Below, in pieces: positions 1-8,135 of a stretch of 30,579 nt of DNA. Under the pieces are notes generated by a model. That model made no database searches. It had not been told where the DNA came from and saw only the letters and a program-made list of their open reading frames with translations. The translations under genes were made by a program, and so were the position numbers. The stretch is from Archangiaceae bacterium (GTDB lineage: Bacteria; Myxococcota; Myxococcia; Myxococcales; Myxococcaceae), in assembly GCA_043750125.1 (NCBI GenBank), contig JAYVCD010000118.1, positions 1 to 30,579 on the forward strand. Reading direction: 5' to 3'. Within the stretch, counting starts at the first letter, position 1. Each line of letters begins with the position of its first letter.

Positions 1-255
1 CAGCTTCGGTCCCGCCTCGAGACCGAGCGAATGGTGATTGAAGTCCACAACGACGGCCCGCCAATTCCTGCGCACCTGCTGCCCCACCTGTACGAGCCGA
101 TGAAGCGCGGCGATGAACACGGCGATCACGCCAACCACAGCATCGGGCTGGGCCTGTACATCGTCCGCCACGTCGCCCTCGCCCACCGCGGTACCGTGTC
201 GGTGTCCTCGGACCCGGAGCACGGCACTACCTTCACCGTCTGGCTGCCGGTCTAA
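1..255 (+). CDS. Sensor histidine kinase, C-terminal HATPase_c domain (5'-truncated by window edge)
   Basis: The frame is open from base 1. It contains the G1 box VHNDGPPIP, the F-box-like LYEPMKRG, the G2 box SIGLGLYIVRHVALAHRG and a terminal GTTFTVWLP. Confidence 0.9.
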   Translation, partial: QLRSRLETERMVIEVHNDGPPIPAHLLPHLYEPMKRGDEHGDHANHSIGLGLYIVRHVALAHRGTVSVSSDPEHGTTFTVWLPV

Positions 256-400
256 ACGGCGATCCGCGCGACGCACCCCGAGGGCCAGCCCGCGCAAGTC
301 GCGTTGCCCTCGCAAAGCTGCAGGCCGACTGCCCGCTTCGCTGAAGCCTCGATCGGGCAAACCGATCAACTGCGACCCCACCCCAGAGGGACCGCCGACC

Positions 401-3400
401 TCAGGCAGCGGTCGGCCTGTCCAACTGGGCCAGCACTTCGGCCTCAGAAAGGGCGCTCAGCTCGAGGTAGGTCGCGGCGATCTGCTCGGCTACTTCGCGG
501 CTCGAGTGAAGTCGCGCCAGCTCGGCGACCAACCCTTCCACCGTCGGAGTCGTAAACAGCGCCCGCAGCGGCAGCTCGACCTGGAAGATGTCTCGCAAGG
601 CCGCGACGACGCGGGTCGCCAGCAGCGAATGCCCGCCCAATTCGAAGAAGCTGTCGCGCAGCCCGACCCGTTCGATGCCGAGCAGCTCGGCCCAGATTCC
701 CGCGACCACCCGTTCGGCATCGGTCGAGGGGCTCTGAAAGACCGAGGCCAGCTCGGGCCGAGCCGCGTCGGGCGCAGGCAGGGCGCGGCGGTCGACCTTG
801 CCATTGGACGTGAGCCGCAACGCGGGCAGCACCACGAACGCCGACGGCACCATGTACTCGGGCAGCTTGGTCAGCAGGTGCGCCCGCAGCTCGCTGCTCG
901 AAGGCGGCGCGGCGTTCGCCACCAGATACGCGACCAGCCTCGCAGCAGCCCCGTCATCGGTTCGGGCCAGGACCACCGCCTGATGAACGCCAGGGTGAAG
1001 CAGCAGCGCGCCTTCCACTTCGGACAACTCGACCCGGAAGCCGCGAATCTTCACCTGGTGGTCGATGCGTCCCAGGAATTCCAGGTCGCCGTCGGGCAGG
1101 TAGCGCGCGAGATCTCCCGTCCGGTAGAGCCGCGCGCCGGGAGTAAACGGATGCGCGACGAAGCGCTCGGCGGTCAGCTCGGGGCGATTGAGATAGCCGC
1201 GGGCGAGTCCGACGCCGCCCAGGTACAGCTCACCGACAGCGCCCAGGGGCATCAGTTGCAGCGCGGCGTCGAGCACGAAGCATTCGGTGTTGTCGATGGG
1301 CTTGCCGACCGGCGGGTGCGCCGGCCAGGCCTGCGGCGTCGCGGACAACGTGAAGGACGTGACGACGTGGGTTTCCGACGGGCCATAGTGGTTGTGGAGA
1401 ACGCAGCCCTTCAGCTGCTGAAACAGGCGAATGATCGGCTGAGTGATCACCAACTGCTCGCCGGTCGCCATCACCTCTCGCAGCCCTTGCAGCACTTCGG
1501 GACGGCGCTCGAAGAGCTCGGCCAGCTGCTGAAGAATCACCACCGGAACGACGATCTTCTCGATCGCGTTCGCGCCCAGAAACGCAGCCAGGCCTTCCAC
1601 GTCGCGCCGCAGCGGCTCGGGGACGATCACCAGCGTGCCGCCCGAAGCCCACGCGGCAAACATCTCGTGAATGCTCGCATCGAAGCTCAACGAAGCCAGC
1701 TGGGCCGTGCGCGCGTTGCGTCGCAGCGTTCGCAGGTGCCACTGCAGCAGGTTGGTCATCGCCCGATGCGGCAGGCAGACGCCCTTGGGTCGCCCAGTCG
1801 AGCCTGAGGTGTAGATGACGTAGACGAGGTGCTCGGGCCCAGCGAGCGGAGTGGGGTTCGAGGTGGACTCCCCCTCGAGCTCGGAACCCTGGGTGTCGAG
1901 ACAAAACACGCGCGCGTGATGCGGCGGCAACTCGGGCAGCAGGTGCGCTTGCGTCAACACCACCGGAGCCCCCACGTCCTCGACCATGAACGCGAGCCGT
2001 TCGCTCGGGTAGGTCGGGTCGAGGGGAACAAAGGCACCTCCGGCCTTCAACACGGCAAGGACCCCTGCCGCCATTTCCAGCGAGCGGTCGAGGAACAGCC
2101 CGACACATACGTCCGGGCCCACTCCCCACGCGCGCAGCCGGTGAGCCAGCTGGTTCGATCGCGCGTTGAGCTCGGCATACGTCAGCGACACGCCGTCGAG
2201 CTCGACCGCGATTCCCGTCGGAGTTCGCAGCACCTGTTCTTCGAAGAGCAGATGAAGCGGCTTTTCAAAGCCGTTGTCGATTTGGGTCGCGTTCAACGCC
2301 ACGCGCTGAAGATGAGCTTCTTCCTTCGGCAAGATCTCGAGCTCGGACAGCGGGCGCTGCGGGGCCTGAACGATCTCTTCGAGCAGGACGCGCAGCCGGG
2401 CCACCATCCGCTCGGCTGTGCCGGAATCGAACAGGTCGCTGCTGTACTCGAGCGTTCCAGAGAGTCCGCACGGTCCCTCTTCCAGGCTCAGCAGCAAATC
2501 GAACTTCGCCGCTGTGAAGCCCACTTCGATTTCCTCGAGCCTCAACCCGTCCTGCTCGAGCACGGGGGTGGGCACGTTCTGCAACACGAACATCGTCTGG
2601 AAGATCGGGTGGCGACTGGGGTCGCGCTGCGGCTGAAGCTTCTCGACCAGCAGCTCGAACGGCACGTCCTGCTGCGCGAAGGCTTCCAGCGAGGTCTCTT
2701 TGACTTGCGCGAGCAGGTCGCGAAACGAGAGCCCGGGCTCGAAGTGGCTGCGCAGCGGAAGGGTGTTGGCGAAGAACCCAATCAGCCCTTCCAGCTCGCG
2801 GTGGGTCCGATTTGCGACCGGAGTCCCGACCACCAGGTCCGTCTGGCCGGTATGGCGGTGCAGCAGCACTTTGAAGGCCGCGAGCAGCGTCATGAACAGG
2901 GTCGCGCCTTCTCGCAGCGCCAGCTCTTCCAATGCCTGCCCCAAGGCCGGCGGCAGGGTAAAGGGAATCGCTGCCCCCTTGAACGAGGGCACTGCCGGGC
3001 GGGGTCGGTCGGTCGCCAGTTCCAGCACCGGAAGGGGGCCGCCGAGCTTCTGACGCCAGTAGTCGAGCGGCGCTTTGAGCTGCGCCTCGGACAGCTGTTC
3101 GCGTTGCCACAAGGTGTAGTCGGCGAACTGCAGGGAGAGCTCGGGCAAGGGCGATGCGCCGCCGCGCGAAAACGCGGTGTAGAGCGCCTTCAGCTCGCCA
3201 ACCAGCACGCCCATCGACCAGCCGTCCGAGACGACGTGGTGGACGTTGAGCAGCAACACCTGCTCGTGGTCCGAGAGCTTCAGCAGCGCGCCGCGAATCA
3301 GCGGGCCCTTCTCGAGATCGAAAGGTCGTTCGCTGTCTTCCAATGCGAGGGCACGCACGCGCGCCTGCGCCCCCTCGGAAGGCAGCTCGACCAGACTGGT

Positions 3401-6400
3401 CTGCGGCAGTGGAAACGGCGCCGCGGGGTGGATCACCTGCGCCGCCTCACCCTGGACCGAAGAGAAGGTGGTGCGCAGGACCTCGTGTCGGCGAACGATT
3501 TCCCCCAGCGAGCGCTGAAGCGCGTCGACATCGAGCACGCCCTGCAGGCGCAACGCGGCGGCAATGTTGTAGGCGAAGAGCCCCGGGTCGAGCTGGTCGA
3601 TCAGCCACAGGCGCTGCTGCGAAAACGACAGCGGCAGCTTCTGCGGACGTTCGCGCCGGGTGGGCGCAAGAGTCGCTTTTTCCGTTCCGGACCCCAGCGC
3701 GGCGGTGATGCCCGCGATGGTCGGGCCTTCAAAGAATCCACGCAACGACAGCTGTTGCCCCAGGGTCTGCTGAATGCGCGAGATCAGCTGCGTCGCGAGC
3801 AGCGAATGCCCGCCGAGCTCGAAGAAGTCGTCCTCGATTCCGACCCGCTCGACGTTGAGCAGCCGCGTCCAGAGCTCGCACAGCGTCCGCTCGAGATCCG
3901 AAGAAGGCGCCACGTAGCCTTCGTCGCGATCCGCGCTGACCGCCGCCGGCGCAGGCAGCGCATGGCGGTTGACCTTCCCGTTGGCCAGCAGCGGCAAGGC
4001 GTCCAGGGCGACGAAGGCTGAAGGAATCATCTGCACCGGCAACCGCTCTTTCAGGTACCGGCGCAGCTGACGCGCCGAAGGGGCCGCGCCCGCACGGTTG
4101 ACCACGTAGGCGACCACCGCTTTTTCACCGCTCGCGTCGGCCCGGGCGACGACCAGCACCTCTTCCAATTGGGGATGCCCGGTGAGGGCGCTCTCGATTT
4201 CGCCAATCTCGATTCGAACCCCGCGAATCTTGATCTGGTGGTCGGCCCGGCCGAGCGTCTCGAGGCTGCCATCGGCCAGCAGCCGCACCCGATCTCCCGA
4301 GCGGTACAGCCGCGCGCCGGGCACCGACGAGAACGGATTAGGCACGAAGCTCGGTGCGGTCTTGGCCGCATCGCCCAGGTAGCCGCGGCCGACGCCCAGG
4401 CCGCCGATGCACAGCTCGCCCGCGACGCCCAACGGCACCCGCGCGAGGTGAGCGTCCAGCACGTACACCTGGAAGTTGGGCAACGTCCCGTGAATCGGAA
4501 TGCTGCCGGTCTTCCGGTCCGCCGGAGCCTCGAACAGCTTCAAACAGGTGACATCGTCCGAGCACTCGGTGGGGCCGTAGGCGTTGATCATCGGGGTCTG
4601 CGGCAGCCGCGCGAACCAGCGGGCGCACAGGTCGGCGGTCAGCGGCTCGCCGGTTGAAATCATCCACCGCAGCGACGACGGGCTGGGCAGCCGCTCGAGC
4701 GCGTCGAGCATCAGCCCCAGCTGGGTTGGAACCAGCTCGCAGATCGTCACCTTCTGGGCTTCGAGCCGGCTCAACAACGCCAGCGCATCGCGCCCGCACT
4801 CGTCCGGCAGCACCGCGACCCGCCCACCGTTGAGCAGCGGGGCGACGCACTGCCACACCGAGACGTCGAAGCTCTGGCGCGCCGTCTGCGCCATGCAATC
4901 CGAAGCAGTGAACCCCATCAGCTCGGCCATCGCCAACACGTGGTTGGTCAGGCCGTCGTGGGTGATCATCGCGCCCTTCGGCAGGCCGGTAGAGCCCGAA
5001 GTGAAGAGGACGTAGGCCAGGTCGCGCAGACCACTGACCCAGACCGGGTTCGAGGTCGAAGCCTCGCTGCCGATCAACGTGTTCAGCATCACCGGTTGGG
5101 CAGACAACTCGCGTGCAAGCTCGAGGTGGGCGGCCTGGGCGAGGACCAGCGGGCACTTCGCCTCGTCACAGACCTTGGCCAGCCGAAGGGCCGGCACGGC
5201 AGGGTCGAGCGGAAGAAACGCTCCGCCGGCCTTCCAGATCCCGATCATCGCCGCCAGGTAGCCGACGCCCCGCTCGTGAAGCACTCCGACGATCGTCTCG
5301 GGCCCCACCCCTTCGGAACGCAGCGCGTGCGCGATCTGGTTGGCCTGGGCGTTCAGCTCGCCATAGGTCAGCGCCCCACCGTCTTCGGTGACAGCAATCG
5401 CATCGGGGGTACGGACCACCTGGGCTTCGAACAGGTGGTGAAAGGGCACCAGCTCGGGCCAGGTCTTTTCGGTGGCGTTCCACCCGTCCTGCAGACGGCG
5501 CACCTCGTCGCCCAGCAGCTCGAGCTGCGCGATGGGCTGGGAAGGATTCTGGGCGATCGATTCGAGCAGCCGCAGGTAGTGAGCTCCCAGCCGGGTGATC
5601 GTCCCGGGGTCGAAGAGATCGGTGTTGAACTCGAAGTCCACCTGCAGCCCGCTGCCGCGCTCTTCGACGGCGACGGTGAGCTCGAACTTCGAGGTCCCGG
5701 TGTTCGGCTCTTCCAGCTGCAGCTCGAGGCCCGGCAGCGTGAGCGCCGACCTCGGAACATTGACCAGGTCGAACATCACCTGAAACAGCGGGTTCCGGGC
5801 CAGGTCGCGCTCGGGCTGCAACGCACCCACCACCTGCTCGAACGGCGCGTCCTGATTCGCGTACGCCTCGAGGGTGGACTGTCGAACCTGCTCGAGCAAC
5901 GCGAGGAAAGTCGGGTTGCCCCGGACATCCGTGCGCAACGCCAGGGTGTTGACGAAAAAGCCGATCAACCCTTCGAGCTCGGTGCGCCCGCGATTCGCAA
6001 GCGAGGTGCCGACGACCAGATCCTCTTGCCCCGAGCATCGGGACAGCAGCACGTTGAACGCGGCGAAGAGCGTCATGAACAGCGTCGCTTCGCGCTCGCG
6101 GGACAGGGCGCGAAGGGCCGCGGTCAACGGCTGGGGAATCTGCAGCGTCACGCTGCTTCCATTGAAGGTCTGCACCGGCGGCCGGGGTCGGTCGATGGGC
6201 AAGTCGATCGAGCTGGGCGCTCCGGCGAGCTTCGCCTTCCACCACGCCAGCTGCTCCTCGAGTCGCGCGCCTTCCAACCACCCGCGCTGCCACAGGGTGT
6301 AGTCGGGGTACTGAATCGGCAGCTCAGGAAGCGCAAAGGGCCGGCCTGCCGCCGCGGCCGCGTAGTGCGACGACAGCTCGGAGACCAGCACCGAGACTGA

Positions 6401-6919
6401 CCACCCATCGGACACGACATGGTGCAGCGTCAATGCGAGCAGCTGCTCGTCTTTCGCCACCTGGATCAATTGGGCGCGAATCAGCGGCCCGCGGGCGAGG
6501 TCGAAGCCCCGCTGGCTCTCGGCCAACGCCCGCTGCATCGCCTGCGACGGATCACCTGCAGCGTCCACCCGGGGAAGCTCAATCGCGAACGGAGCCGCAA
6601 TGCGCTGCACCGGCCCGGTCGGCCCGCGCTCGAACACGGTTCGCAGCGCCTCATGGCGACGCACCACTTCATTCAGCGCCTGGTGCAGCGCGTCGACGTT
6701 CAGCTTTCCGCGCAGCCGCACCAGCCCCGACACGTTGTACTGGGCGGTTCCCGGCTCGAGCTGATCGAGCACCCACAGCCGCTGCTGAGAAAAAGACAGC
6801 GGCAGCTCGGGCGGGCGAACCGCGCGGGGAATCGACGGCACCTTCGAATCGCCGAGGCCCTCGTCCTCGAGCAACATCTCGAAGAGCTCATTTCGCTGCG
6901 CGGATTCAGTGAGTTGCAT
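401..6919 (-). CDS. Two-module NRPS, C-A-PCP-C-A-PCP, no TE/R domain; A1 predicted 2,4-diaminobutyrate, A2 proline-family
   Basis: Two C domains (LSFSQQRLW, HHVVSDGWS twice). Two A domains (YVLFTSGSTGLPKG / YVIYTSGSTGRPKG, YGPTE / YGPSE, LYRSGD / LYRTGD, NGKV). Two PCPs (FFELGGHSLLA). Specificity codes read by eye against GrsA: DVWEITADDK and DAHVMTHVVK. The start overlaps the upstream stop by 14 bp. Confidence 0.96.
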   Translation of the reverse strand: MQLTESAQRNELFEMLLEDEGLGDSKVPSIPRAVRPPELPLSFSQQRLWVLDQLEPGTAQYNVSGLVRLRGKLNVDALHQALNEVVRRHEALRTVFERGPTGPVQRIAAPFAIELPRVDAAGDPSQAMQRALAESQRGFDLARGPLIRAQLIQVAKDEQLLALTLHHVVSDGWSVSVLVSELSSHYAAAAAGRPFALPELPIQYPDYTLWQRGWLEGARLEEQLAWWKAKLAGAPSSIDLPIDRPRPPVQTFNGSSVTLQIPQPLTAALRALSREREATLFMTLFAAFNVLLSRCSGQEDLVVGTSLANRGRTELEGLIGFFVNTLALRTDVRGNPTFLALLEQVRQSTLEAYANQDAPFEQVVGALQPERDLARNPLFQVMFDLVNVPRSALTLPGLELQLEEPNTGTSKFELTVAVEERGSGLQVDFEFNTDLFDPGTITRLGAHYLRLLESIAQNPSQPIAQLELLGDEVRRLQDGWNATEKTWPELVPFHHLFEAQVVRTPDAIAVTEDGGALTYGELNAQANQIAHALRSEGVGPETIVGVLHERGVGYLAAMIGIWKAGGAFLPLDPAVPALRLAKVCDEAKCPLVLAQAAHLELARELSAQPVMLNTLIGSEASTSNPVWVSGLRDLAYVLFTSGSTGLPKGAMITHDGLTNHVLAMAELMGFTASDCMAQTARQSFDVSVWQCVAPLLNGGRVAVLPDECGRDALALLSRLEAQKVTICELVPTQLGLMLDALERLPSPSSLRWMISTGEPLTADLCARWFARLPQTPMINAYGPTECSDDVTCLKLFEAPADRKTGSIPIHGTLPNFQVYVLDAHLARVPLGVAGELCIGGLGVGRGYLGDAAKTAPSFVPNPFSSVPGARLYRSGDRVRLLADGSLETLGRADHQIKIRGVRIEIGEIESALTGHPQLEEVLVVARADASGEKAVVAYVVNRAGAAPSARQLRRYLKERLPVQMIPSAFVALDALPLLANGKVNRHALPAPAAVSADRDEGYVAPSSDLERTLCELWTRLLNVERVGIEDDFFELGGHSLLATQLISRIQQTLGQQLSLRGFFEGPTIAGITAALGSGTEKATLAPTRRERPQKLPLSFSQQRLWLIDQLDPGLFAYNIAAALRLQGVLDVDALQRSLGEIVRRHEVLRTTFSSVQGEAAQVIHPAAPFPLPQTSLVELPSEGAQARVRALALEDSERPFDLEKGPLIRGALLKLSDHEQVLLLNVHHVVSDGWSMGVLVGELKALYTAFSRGGASPLPELSLQFADYTLWQREQLSEAQLKAPLDYWRQKLGGPLPVLELATDRPRPAVPSFKGAAIPFTLPPALGQALEELALREGATLFMTLLAAFKVLLHRHTGQTDLVVGTPVANRTHRELEGLIGFFANTLPLRSHFEPGLSFRDLLAQVKETSLEAFAQQDVPFELLVEKLQPQRDPSRHPIFQTMFVLQNVPTPVLEQDGLRLEEIEVGFTAAKFDLLLSLEEGPCGLSGTLEYSSDLFDSGTAERMVARLRVLLEEIVQAPQRPLSELEILPKEEAHLQRVALNATQIDNGFEKPLHLLFEEQVLRTPTGIAVELDGVSLTYAELNARSNQLAHRLRAWGVGPDVCVGLFLDRSLEMAAGVLAVLKAGGAFVPLDPTYPSERLAFMVEDVGAPVVLTQAHLLPELPPHHARVFCLDTQGSELEGESTSNPTPLAGPEHLVYVIYTSGSTGRPKGVCLPHRAMTNLLQWHLRTLRRNARTAQLASLSFDASIHEMFAAWASGGTLVIVPEPLRRDVEGLAAFLGANAIEKIVVPVVILQQLAELFERRPEVLQGLREVMATGEQLVITQPIIRLFQQLKGCVLHNHYGPSETHVVTSFTLSATPQAWPAHPPVGKPIDNTECFVLDAALQLMPLGAVGELYLGGVGLARGYLNRPELTAERFVAHPFTPGARLYRTGDLARYLPDGDLEFLGRIDHQVKIRGFRVELSEVEGALLLHPGVHQAVVLARTDDGAAARLVAYLVANAAPPSSSELRAHLLTKLPEYMVPSAFVVLPALRLTSNGKVDRRALPAPDAARPELASVFQSPSTDAERVVAGIWAELLGIERVGLRDSFFELGGHSLLATRVVAALRDIFQVELPLRALFTTPTVEGLVAELARLHSSREVAEQIAATYLELSALSEAEVLAQLDRPTAA

Positions 6920-8135
6920 GGACGTTTTCCTCGTTCGCAGCGACTTGATCTTTCAGCGCCGCCAGGTGTTCCAGGCTCGCGAGCACTTCGGCCGGGGCCA
7001 CTCCGAAGTCGATCAAGCAGGCCACTTCGTTCACCCCCGCCCCTCGCAGCCGGTCGGCCATCGCAAGGCAGGTCTGGGGGGTACCAATCAGCGACTGGCC
7101 GTTGAGGTAGCGCTGAAACGCGAAGTCCAGCAGCGCGTCTTCGTCGGCGCGGGTCAAGGTGAGGTCCCCGGTTCCCGTCTGGGCCAGAGATTTGGCCAGC
7201 TCTCCGTGCGAGCGAAGGTAGGCGTGAAGCGGGCCGCGCACGGTCTGCTCGACCTCGCGAGAGTCCGTGCCCAGGAAGGTGTGTGCCATCACGGTCACCA
7301 CCCCCAGCTCGGGAGCGTGACCGTGGCGGGCGCGGGCCTCGCGATACGCCGCCACCCGTTCTGCGAGCTGATCCACCGTGAGATCCAGCAGCGCGGTGAG
7401 CACGTGGGTGCCCCGCTCGCCGGCCTTGACGAAGGTGTCGATCGAACGCGCAGCCGTCATCCAGATGGGAAGCTCGGGCTGCACCGGGCGCGGGAAAGTC
7501 TTCACCAGCGTTTTGGCTCCTCCGCCCCCGACAAACGGCAGCGCCTCGCCACGCCACAGGCGCCGCAGGGCGTCGACGCCCTCGTTGACCGAGTCTTTGC
7601 GATCGGCGTAACGCTCGGGCGCAAAGACGAAGTCGTTCGCGTGCCATCCTGAGGCAAACGCCAGGCCGACCCGCCCGTTCGAGAGGTTGTCCACCACTGA
7701 CCATTCTTCGGCGATGCGCACCGGGTGGTGCAGGGGCAAGACGACGCTGCCCGCTCGCAGCTCGACCCGCTGGGTAATCATCGCCAGGGCGGCCGAGAGC
7801 ACCGACGGGTTGGGGTACAGCCCGCCAAAAGGGTGAAAGTGCCGTTCCGGAGTCCAGACCGCTTTGAAGCCCCGCTGGTCGGCAAAGCGCGCTCCGTCGA
7901 GCAGCAGTTGGTACTTCGGCGCGCCTGAGGGTGACTGAGTCTCGTCGCTGGAAAAGTAGAACAGGCTGAAGTCCAGGTGCCGGCTGGCCTGGCCAGTCAC
8001 CGAGGGCAGAGGCGCGGAACGAGGGGGCACAGGCGGCTGTTCTTTGCGTGCCAGACCGGTGCGCTCGAGCTTGAGCGTGAGCAGCGCGCGCTGCTCGGGC
8101 GAGAGGGCGGCGATTCGAAGCGAGAGGTCGCTCAC
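6906..8135 (-). CDS. Luciferase-like (LLM-class) flavin-dependent monooxygenase, natural-product MupA/Atu3671 type, with N-terminal docking-like helix
   Basis: Motifs FSLFYFS, KYQLLLDGARFADQRGFKAVWTPERHFHPFGGLYPNPSV, LRAGSVVLPLHHPVRIAEEWSVVDNLSNGRVGLAFASGWHANDFV and VNEVACLIDFGV. The GTG start overlaps the PKS stop (GTGA). Confidence 0.93.
   Translation of the reverse strand: MSDLSLRIAALSPEQRALLTLKLERTGLARKEQPPVPPRSAPLPSVTGQASRHLDFSLFYFSSDETQSPSGAPKYQLLLDGARFADQRGFKAVWTPERHFHPFGGLYPNPSVLSAALAMITQRVELRAGSVVLPLHHPVRIAEEWSVVDNLSNGRVGLAFASGWHANDFVFAPERYADRKDSVNEGVDALRRLWRGEALPFVGGGGAKTLVKTFPRPVQPELPIWMTAARSIDTFVKAGERGTHVLTALLDLTVDQLAERVAAYREARARHGHAPELGVVTVMAHTFLGTDSREVEQTVRGPLHAYLRSHGELAKSLAQTGTGDLTLTRADEDALLDFAFQRYLNGQSLIGTPQTCLAMADRLRGAGVNEVACLIDFGVAPAEVLASLEHLAALKDQVAANEENVHATH

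Noticed and set aside
278-311. Hairpin CGAGGGC...GCCCTCG between the kinase and the NRPS
   Set aside because: The loop is long and there is no clear U-tract, which is insufficient for a terminator call in high-GC DNA.
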